Assembly (NCBI GenBank): GCA_021827405.1
Contig: JAKAVY010000003.1
Coordinates: 3,735-67,734 of the forward strand
Direction of reading: 5' to 3'
DNA length: 64,000 nt
Source: Thermoplasmata archaeon
GTDB lineage: Archaea > Thermoplasmatota > Thermoplasmata > Lutacidiplasmatales > UBA184
Shown: piece after piece, positions 57,844-64,000 of the stretch
How positions within the stretch are numbered: position 1 is the first letter of the stretch
Layout: each line of letters starts with the position of its first letter
Translations under genes and position numbers: made by a program
Notes under the pieces: generated by a model
The model's input: the letters and a program-made list of their open reading frames with translations, nothing else
Database searches by the model: none
What the model was told of the DNA's origin: nothing

Positions 57844-58521
57844 TCAGATCTCCTCCAGGCTCGCCAAGATCTCCTTGGGGCCGTGGGGGGTGGTGAGGAG
57901 CGGGATGTTCTCCACCTCGCTCAACCGGACGGCCAACGGGTCGATCCGGCCGGGGGCGGAGAAGAGGACGGCCGCGGGCTTCAGCGGATGCGCCCGGATC
58001 GCGACCATGGGGGAGCGGCCGTAGCGCACGCCGGCGAAGATGAGGAGCCGTTGGGTGGTCCACCCGTAGACCTGGACGAACTCCTGGGCCCCGAGGGTGA
58101 GGATGGCGCGGGGAGCATCGAGCAGGGTAAAGCCGTGGAGGTCCCGGTGGAGGTCCACGCGACTGACGGACTTGGCCTCCAGGTGCTCGGCCAGGGCCGG
58201 GAGGGGGACGGCCACGGAGAACTCCCGCATGCCCAGGATCCCGTCGGAGATGGCGTGGGCCCCCATGCGCTGGGAGGCCTTCCCCCCCTTCAACCGGTCC
58301 ACGGCGAAGAGGCCGTCGACGTAGCGGCGCACGAAGCTCGCCCCCGGGCTGGTCCTACGCTCCCCTTCGTAGTCGGAGATCACCGAGGGGACGGTGGCGA
58401 GGTGCCGGGCCAGCTCCCCTTGGGAGATGCCGAAGTCCTCCCGCCACTTGCGGAGGGTCCGGCCGGGGTGGGGGGAGAGCACCACCTCCCCAGCGATCTT
58501 CTCCTTGAGCTCCGACGGCAT
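57844..58521 (-). CDS. HTH (XRE-like) transcriptional regulator with a C-terminal domain
   Basis: RKWREDFGISQGELARHLATVPSVISDYE is an HTH_3 motif. Confidence 0.5.
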   Translation of the reverse strand: MPSELKEKIAGEVVLSPHPGRTLRKWREDFGISQGELARHLATVPSVISDYEGERRTSPGASFVRRYVDGLFAVDRLKGGKASQRMGAHAISDGILGMREFSVAVPLPALAEHLEAKSVSRVDLHRDLHGFTLLDAPRAILTLGAQEFVQVYGWTTQRLLIFAGVRYGRSPMVAIRAHPLKPAAVLFSAPGRIDPLAVRLSEVENIPLLTTPHGPKEILASLEEI

Positions 58522-58614
58522 CGGGAGGCCGCCCAGGGGTGCGGGCTCATTAACCTATCGTATCGTGTCGAAGGGCCCCATCGACAGGCCTCCCTCCGGG
58601 CGGACGAGGGGGAG

Positions 58615-58719
58615 TGGACTGGGCGAGAGGTTCCCCGGCGGAGGGAAGACCTCCGCCGGTTTTGAACTCGCGGCCTCTACCTTGCCAAGGTAGCGATCTT
58701 CCAACTGATCTACCAGCCC
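58615..58719 (-). tRNA. tRNA-Ala(GGC) with a putative non-canonical 32-nt hairpin intron in the T-loop (position 59/60); CCA is not encoded
   Basis: The minus strand reads GGGCTGG-TA-GATC-AGTTGGAA-GATC-G-CTACC-TTGGCAA-GGTAG-AGGCC-GCGAG-TTCAAA[ACCGGCGGAGGTCTTCCCTCCGCCGGGGAACC]T-CTCGC-CCAGTCC-A. G3·U70 and A73, both Ala identity elements, are present. The intron forms a perfect 10-bp hairpin (CCGGCGGAGG/CCTCCGCCGG). Confidence 0.6.
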
Positions 58720-58769
58720 GTCCCCGGCCCGCGCGAGGCCCAGGCGCACATAAACTCTTCCGCGCAAGC

Positions 58770-59723
58770 TCAGTCGCCGAGGATCTCGTCTAGGGAGTTC
58801 TCCAGGGAGCGGCGGCAGGCGACGGCGAGGGTCCGCTCGGTCCGGCTACGGTCCACGGTGAACTCCGGCTGCAGCAGTTCGATGTCCCCCCGGGGATTGG
58901 GGACCACCCGCACGGCGAGCGCCGGGGCGTCCGGGTGGAGCCGGGCCCAGGCCCCCTTCACCCGGGAGGCCAGCTCCAGCACGGTGGCCGTCTCCCCGCT
59001 GGCCACGTTGAACACCGTGCCGCGTCCCCGGGCCCCCGGGCCCCTGAGGAACGCGCAAGCCCCGACCCAGTGGGCCACCACGTCCTCCAGATGGATGAAG
59101 TCCCGGCGCTGCGTCCCGGGAGCGTTCACGAGCAGCGTGCCGGTCCGGGCCTGGGCCGAAAAGAGGTTCAGCACGTTCCCCTTCCCGATCACGCGCTCCC
59201 CGATCCGGTACCGGCCGTACAGGTTGCTCATCCGGAGGACGGCCCCGCCCGGCCCCGACGGAGCCCCGGCCGCGCGGAGAAGCGCCTCCTCCCCCTGGGC
59301 CTTCTGCCGGGCGTACTCGTGGGTGGGCCGGGGCGGGGTCTCTTCGGTGATGGGAAGGCGCTCCGGGACCCCCACCACCGCGAAGCTGCTCGCGAAGGCG
59401 ACCGGGACCGAGCGTTCGGCGAGGTCCCGGAAGAGGGCGGCGGTACCCTCCACGTTCACGGCCCGGGTCCGTTCGGGCTCCTGGGCACAGAGCATCACCC
59501 CGGAGAGCGCCGCCAGGTGCAACACCACATCGCAGTCCCCGAGAAGCCGTTGTCCCGTCGGGGAGCGGAAGTCCTCCCGGGCCACGGGCCAGTCGGCATG
59601 GACGGCCTCGATGGGGCCGGAGCGGTCGTCCAGGAGCCGCAGGTCGTACCCGTGCCGGGCCAACGCGGGTACCAAGGCACCGCCGAGGAACCCGGAGGCG
59701 CCCGTGACCCCTACCCGGACCAT
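58770..59723 (-). CDS. NAD-dependent epimerase/dehydratase (SDR)
   Basis: VGVTGASGFLGGAL is the Rossmann motif, and YARQK is the catalytic motif. Confidence 0.8.
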   Translation of the reverse strand: MVRVGVTGASGFLGGALVPALARHGYDLRLLDDRSGPIEAVHADWPVAREDFRSPTGQRLLGDCDVVLHLAALSGVMLCAQEPERTRAVNVEGTAALFRDLAERSVPVAFASSFAVVGVPERLPITEETPPRPTHEYARQKAQGEEALLRAAGAPSGPGGAVLRMSNLYGRYRIGERVIGKGNVLNLFSAQARTGTLLVNAPGTQRRDFIHLEDVVAHWVGACAFLRGPGARGRGTVFNVASGETATVLELASRVKGAWARLHPDAPALAVRVVPNPRGDIELLQPEFTVDRSRTERTLAVACRRSLENSLDEILGD

Positions 59724-59755
59724 GGCGGTCGCCCAGGGCCGGGGGTTCTTGAAGG

Positions 59756-61213
59756 TTGGCCGAAGCTCTGTCGGGGAAGGCGGGGGGGTCCGGCCCGGTG
59801 CCGTTCGTCAGGCAGGGAAGGGGGCTTAACCCGGGCGGCCTCTCTTACGGCGGCCGGTCGGCGGAGAGGGAGGGAGGACGCTTGCGGATCCTTCGGATCA
59901 ACTCCTGGGACGGGCCCGGTACCGGTGGCGCGGAGGGCTACATCCGGTCGGTGATGGACGAGCTGGAGTCCCGGGGGCACCCCAACCTGCTCGTCAACCT
60001 CACCGACGTCCGCCCTTCCGGCCCGGTGCCGGACGAACATTACCTTCCCATGGTCCCCATGAGCCGCGCGCTCCCCCGGATGCGCCAGGACCTCGGGGAG
60101 ACCCCGGGGCTGGGGTCGTTCCTGACGGAGACGGTGCGGACCTTCCGACCGGACCTGGTCCAGCTCCACCACTTCGAGGCCGGCTTCACCAGCCTGGGGC
60201 GGTTCCTCCGGGGGCTCCGGGTACCGCTGGTGGTCACCGCCCATGACGCCTGGCTGGTCTGTCCCCTGGGCACCCTGGTCCGCCCGGGGGCGATCCTCTG
60301 CGAAGGGGGCATCCGCCCCCGATGCCAGTTCACCGGCTGCGCGGTGGGGCGCGGACTCCCCTACAGCCTCTGGCAGAAGCGCCTGTTCGAGGCCTGGGTC
60401 GCCCCGAAGGTCCGGGCGTACCTGTGCCCCAGCCGCTCCTTGATGGACTACCTGGACCGGCACCGCTATCGCCCGGCCCTGCACCTGCCGTCGTTCGCCC
60501 AGATCCCCCCGGCGGTCCGTCAGGAGGCCCCCCCCTATCCCCGAGGGGCGCCGCACCTCGGTTGGATCGGCCGGCTGGAGTCCTACAAGGGCGTGGAGGA
60601 CCTGCTCCGGGCGTTCGGGAAGGTGCGAGCCCATCTCCCGGGGGCCTGCCTGGACATCGCCGGGGAGGGCTCGGCCCGTCCCGCGTTGCAATCCCTCTCG
60701 GAACGGTTGGGGGTGGGGCCGGCGGTGCGATGGTGGGGACGGGTCCAGGGCCCCGAGAAGGAGTCCTTCTTCGCCGGGCTTACCGTGCTGGTGGTCCCTT
60801 CCCGGGAGTATGAGAACTTCCCGCTGGTCGCCCTCGAGGCGCTGGCCCGGGGCCGGCCCGTGGTGGGGACGGCCATCGGCGGGATCCCGGAGATCGTGGA
60901 GGATGGGAGGAACGGCCGGATCGTGCCCATTCAGCACCCGGGGGCCCTCGCGGACGGGATCCTGGACGTGCTCAAGGACCCGGAGCGGGCCGAGCGATGG
61001 GGGGCCGCGGGCCGCCGAAAGGTCCTCGCGGAGTGGACCCCCGAGCGGCACGTGGCCCGGCTCCTGGCGGTCTACGAGGCGCTGCTCTCCGGGGAGAGGC
61101 TTCCCGACCGTCTGGAGGCCGAAGCGCTCCTGGGGCCGAGGGGGCGGGACCCCCTCCTAAGGGCGGACCCGGGGGCCCCGGGGAGCCCGGTGACGAAGCC
61201 GAAGGGTACATAG
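59756..61213 (+). CDS. family 4 glycosyltransferase; the true start is probably downstream of the track start
   Basis: The conserved GT4 C-terminus is EYENFPLVALEALARGRPVVGTAIGGIPEIV. The N-terminal 40 aa are low-complexity. Confidence 0.75.
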   Translation: MAEALSGKAGGSGPVPFVRQGRGLNPGGLSYGGRSAEREGGRLRILRINSWDGPGTGGAEGYIRSVMDELESRGHPNLLVNLTDVRPSGPVPDEHYLPMVPMSRALPRMRQDLGETPGLGSFLTETVRTFRPDLVQLHHFEAGFTSLGRFLRGLRVPLVVTAHDAWLVCPLGTLVRPGAILCEGGIRPRCQFTGCAVGRGLPYSLWQKRLFEAWVAPKVRAYLCPSRSLMDYLDRHRYRPALHLPSFAQIPPAVRQEAPPYPRGAPHLGWIGRLESYKGVEDLLRAFGKVRAHLPGACLDIAGEGSARPALQSLSERLGVGPAVRWWGRVQGPEKESFFAGLTVLVVPSREYENFPLVALEALARGRPVVGTAIGGIPEIVEDGRNGRIVPIQHPGALADGILDVLKDPERAERWGAAGRRKVLAEWTPERHVARLLAVYEALLSGERLPDRLEAEALLGPRGRDPLLRADPGAPGSPVTKPKGT

Positions 61214-61237
61214 CTTGCGGGCTGTTGTCGGCCCTCC

Positions 61238-61597
61238 GTGACCGGGGAATCCGAACCCGAGGGGCCCCTGGAGATCCTCCTCAAAGGCTCGCGAGACCTC
61301 CTCCATCCGGAGGAGATCGTCGCCGATGCCACCCGCGACCTGGTGAAGGAGGAGATCCGCCGGCACCTGGACCAGAAGTTGAAGGAGAACCCGGAACTGG
61401 CCCGGGCGCTCAAGAGTTCGGTGAAGGACCTCCTGGACGCCCGCGCCCGGGAGTACGCGGCCTTGCTCCGCCTGACGGCCGCCATGGCGCGCCTCGGCTT
61501 CGCCGCGACCCCTGAGGCGGTTCGGGGGGAGCTCTCGAAGGACCTGGCCACGATGCTGAGCAAGGAGTTCGGGAACCTCGTGGACCGGACGCTATGA
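61238..61597 (+). CDS. small alpha-helical hypothetical protein (119 aa)
   Basis: It is a clean ORF that overlaps the PAC2 gene by 4 nt. Confidence 0.4.
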   Translation: MTGESEPEGPLEILLKGSRDLLHPEEIVADATRDLVKEEIRRHLDQKLKENPELARALKSSVKDLLDARAREYAALLRLTAAMARLGFAATPEAVRGELSKDLATMLSKEFGNLVDRTL

Positions 61598-62430
61598 GCT
61601 GGCGGAGCACCACCTCGTTGGCCGCCGACGAGGTCCGGATCTACGAGGTGAAGCGCACCGACCTGGAAGGGGCGGTGATCATCGACGGCTTCCCGTCGGT
61701 GGGTCTCGTCTCCTCCATCGTGGCGAACTACCTCATCGACGCGCTCCACATGGAGCAGGTGGGGATCGTGGACTCTCCCGCCTTCCCCACGGTCTCCCTC
61801 ATCCGGGAGGGAGAGCCCCAGCACCCGGTCCGGATCTACGCGGGGCAACCCCCGGGGCGGAAGCCAGGGGGCACCGGCCCGGAGAAGGTGGTGGCGTTCA
61901 TCAGCGAGTTCCAGCCGCCCCCCCAGGTGGTCTCGGCCCTGGGCAACGCGATGCTCTCTTGGGCCCAGGAGCAGCGCTGCTCGCTGCTCATCTCCCCGGA
62001 GGGACTGGTCATCGAACGGCCGGAGGGGGACCGCACCCACCCTCCGAACGGCCCCCCCCAGGTCCGGGTCTACGGCGTGGCCTCCACCCGACGCGCGCGG
62101 GAGCTCTACATTGAGCCCAACGTCACCCCCTTCCAGGAGGGGGTCATCACCGGCGTCGCCGGGGTCCTGTTGAACGAGGGTCGGCGCCGGGGCTTTGACG
62201 TCCTGACCTTCCTGGCCGAGGCGCACCCGGACTACCCGGACGCCCGCGCCGCCGCCAAGGTGATCGAGACCATCGACCACGTGCTGCTCCAGACCATCAT
62301 CGACCCCGTGCCGCTCTACAACGAGGCGGAGCGCATCGAGCAGCAGTTGCTCTCGATCCAGCGCTCGGCGCACGAGAAAGGGGGTCGGGAGCGCAGCGGC
62401 CCGTCCCCCTCCCCCTCCATGTACGGTTAG
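61594..62430 (+). CDS. PAC2-family proteasome assembly chaperone (PbaA/PbaB-like)
   Basis: VIIDGFPSVGLVSSIVANYLIDAL is a PAC2 signature. Confidence 0.6.
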   Translation: MSWRSTTSLAADEVRIYEVKRTDLEGAVIIDGFPSVGLVSSIVANYLIDALHMEQVGIVDSPAFPTVSLIREGEPQHPVRIYAGQPPGRKPGGTGPEKVVAFISEFQPPPQVVSALGNAMLSWAQEQRCSLLISPEGLVIERPEGDRTHPPNGPPQVRVYGVASTRRARELYIEPNVTPFQEGVITGVAGVLLNEGRRRGFDVLTFLAEAHPDYPDARAAAKVIETIDHVLLQTIIDPVPLYNEAERIEQQLLSIQRSAHEKGGRERSGPSPSPSMYG

Positions 62431-63716
62431 GGAGGTCCCCGTCCCGCCGGCGGTGCCGGGACCCTGCGACGGAGCTCTCGGAGCCCCCGGACCAGACGGT
62501 CCACCTCCTGGCGCCCGGTATAGAGGTGGAAGGAGGCGCGGACGTTCCCCGGGAGCCCCCGGGCCCGGTACCAGGAGTGGACGCAGTTCATCCCGGAGCG
62601 GACGAACACATCGTGTCCCTGGTCCAGGAAGAGGGCCACGTCCTCCGGAGAGAGGCCCGAGAGCAGGAACGGGAAGATCGCCCCCCGGTCCTGAGGTCTC
62701 GGGGGTCCGAGCCGGGTGAGGCCCGGGAGGCCGTCCAGCTCCCGGTCCAGGTGGCGTTGGAGGCCGGCCAGATGGGCGGGCAATTCCTCGAACCGGTGCT
62801 GCCGCAGGTAACGGAGGGCGGCCGCGGCCCCCAGCACCCCGGCGTAGTTCTGGAGCCCGGCCTCGAACCGGTGGGGCGGGGGACGGAGGGCATGGGAGCC
62901 GTACTCGGTGGTCTCCACCGTCTCGCCCCCCACGAACCAGGGCGAGAAGGTCTCCAGGTCCCGGGGGCCGATGTAGAAGAGCCCCGTGCCCGTGGGCCCG
63001 AGCATCTTGTGGAAGGAGAGCACGTAGAAGTCCGGTCCGATCGAGCGCAGGGAGATCGGCTGATGGGCGGCCGCCTGCGACCCGTCCAACAGGACCCGGG
63101 CCCCCCGGTCGTGGGCCTCCTCCACCAGGGCCCGGGCCGGCAGCGTCCTTCCATCCAGGTTGGAGGCATGGAAGAAGCTCACCAGAGCGGGTCGGCGCCC
63201 GAGGGCCTTCTGGTAGGCCTCCATATCGAAGGGGCGGTCCGCGGGCAGGGGTAGGATGTCCAGCCGGATCCCCCGGGTCTCCCTCAGGCGCTGCCAGACC
63301 ACCAGGTTCGAGTTGTGCTCCTGGTCGGTGAGGAGCACCCGCGCCCCTTTCCGTAAGGGGAGGCCCTGGGCCACGGCGTTGAGCCCCTCGGTGGAGTTCC
63401 GCACGTTCACCAGGTGGCGGGGTCCGGGGGCCTGGAAGAAGCGGGCGAAGGCCGCCCGGGCCTCCTCGTAGTGTCGCTCGCCCTCCTCCGCCCACCGGTG
63501 GACCGAGCGCCCGGCGCAGCCAGGGTAGTCCCGGTAGTACTCCTCCTGCGCTTCCAGGACGGCCCGCGGAACGAGGGACATGCAAGCGCTGTCCAGGTAG
63601 GCCGGGGGGCGGTGCCCAGGGCGGGCCTGAAGGGCGGGGAAGTCCCGTCGGGGCGCGAGAGGGGACAGGGTCTGCATGCTTCCCGCTCCGTACCGTCGGC
63701 TTCGGGCGTCCCTCAA
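62427..63716 (-). CDS. cysteine desulfurase / class V aminotransferase (SufS/CsdA-like)
   Basis: YLDSACMSL and SFHKMLGPTGTGLFY (PLP Lys) are present. Confidence 0.8.
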   Translation of the reverse strand: MRDARSRRYGAGSMQTLSPLAPRRDFPALQARPGHRPPAYLDSACMSLVPRAVLEAQEEYYRDYPGCAGRSVHRWAEEGERHYEEARAAFARFFQAPGPRHLVNVRNSTEGLNAVAQGLPLRKGARVLLTDQEHNSNLVVWQRLRETRGIRLDILPLPADRPFDMEAYQKALGRRPALVSFFHASNLDGRTLPARALVEEAHDRGARVLLDGSQAAAHQPISLRSIGPDFYVLSFHKMLGPTGTGLFYIGPRDLETFSPWFVGGETVETTEYGSHALRPPPHRFEAGLQNYAGVLGAAAALRYLRQHRFEELPAHLAGLQRHLDRELDGLPGLTRLGPPRPQDRGAIFPFLLSGLSPEDVALFLDQGHDVFVRSGMNCVHSWYRARGLPGNVRASFHLYTGRQEVDRLVRGLRELRRRVPAPPAGRGPP

Positions 63717-64000
63717 CGGGCGGTCCGCCGGCCCCGTCCCCCGCCGGTGGGAGCGGCCAGGAGTATCCCCTCGGGGTCGGTCCGATCGCCCTTCGGCCGT
63801 CCGTCGGCCAGTCCTGGCAGTAGGGCGACGGCGGCCACGTGGGCGGCCGCACCGCTGAGCAAGGCCCGGGAGGCGGGGAGGTAACGCGAGGAGTGGAGGC
63901 TCTCGCTCCCGAGCTTCCCGTCGCCGGTCCCCAGCCGCAGGAACATCCCCGGGCGTTGCTGGAGGAAGTAGGAGAAGTCCTCCCCTCCCATCACGGGTCC
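63713..64000 (-). CDS. M20D-family amidohydrolase/peptidase, C-terminal part; the N-terminus lies beyond the window
   Basis: MMGGEDFSYFLQQRPGMFLRLGTG...HSSRY is the M20D C-terminal signature. Confidence 0.55.
   Translation of the reverse strand, partial: GPVMGGEDFSYFLQQRPGMFLRLGTGDGKLGSESLHSSRYLPASRALLSGAAAHVAAVALLPGLADGRPKGDRTDPEGILLAAPTGGGRGRRTAR

Noticed and set aside
1-64000. CRISPR arrays or large direct or inverted nucleotide repeats
   Set aside because: No regularly spaced short repeats were seen by eye. The only tandem repetition found is the in-frame protein-domain repeat array inside the S53 protease gene.

Overview
This is a GC-rich (~68%) archaeal chromosomal window, and coding density is high on both strands. 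Its core is a long minus-strand ribosomal-protein supercluster (about 31.5-47.9 kb) in archaeal S10-spc-alpha order. The gene order is L3-L4-L23-L2-S19-L22-S3-L29-RNaseP Rpp29-S17-L14-L24-S4e-L5-S14(Zn)-S8-L6-L32e-L19e-L18-S5-L30-L15-SecY-DUF106(YidC-like)-Cmk-Cbf5/TruB. The cluster has no SUI1, no adk, and no L34e or L14e genes. Other housekeeping genes are prs, aIF2-gamma, S6e, a Trm112-like gene, a DEAD-box helicase, MeaB plus the MCM B12-binding subunit, PCNA, CysS, an AlaX-like editing protein, threonine dehydratase, and two thiolase loci; one of these is an archaeal mevalonate HMG-CoA synthase/thiolase/DUF35 operon. The accessory content includes two adjacent class-III-signal-peptide (type IV pilin-like) genes and an A24 prepilin peptidase. 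It also includes a giant secreted S53 (sedolisin) protease with tandem thermopsin-like repeats, surface glycosylation genes (GT2, GT4, epimerases), and an ABC-2 exporter. A compositionally distinct lower-GC islet (about 2.0-4.8 kb) carries a VapBC toxin-antitoxin pair, an ISL3-like transposase remnant and PKD-domain proteins. A tightly overlapping three-gene cassette (small ORF, wHTH, GNAT) is also present. Two tRNA genes, tRNA-Arg(TCT) and tRNA-Ala(GGC), each appear to carry a non-canonical intron of about 31-32 nt inside the T-loop at position 59/60. That feature is typical of Thermoproteota-like archaea, but the lineage cannot be fixed from the sequence alone. Many long antisense ORFs in the track are GC-bias artefacts. 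All coordinates are by eye, with starts uncertain to within a few codons.
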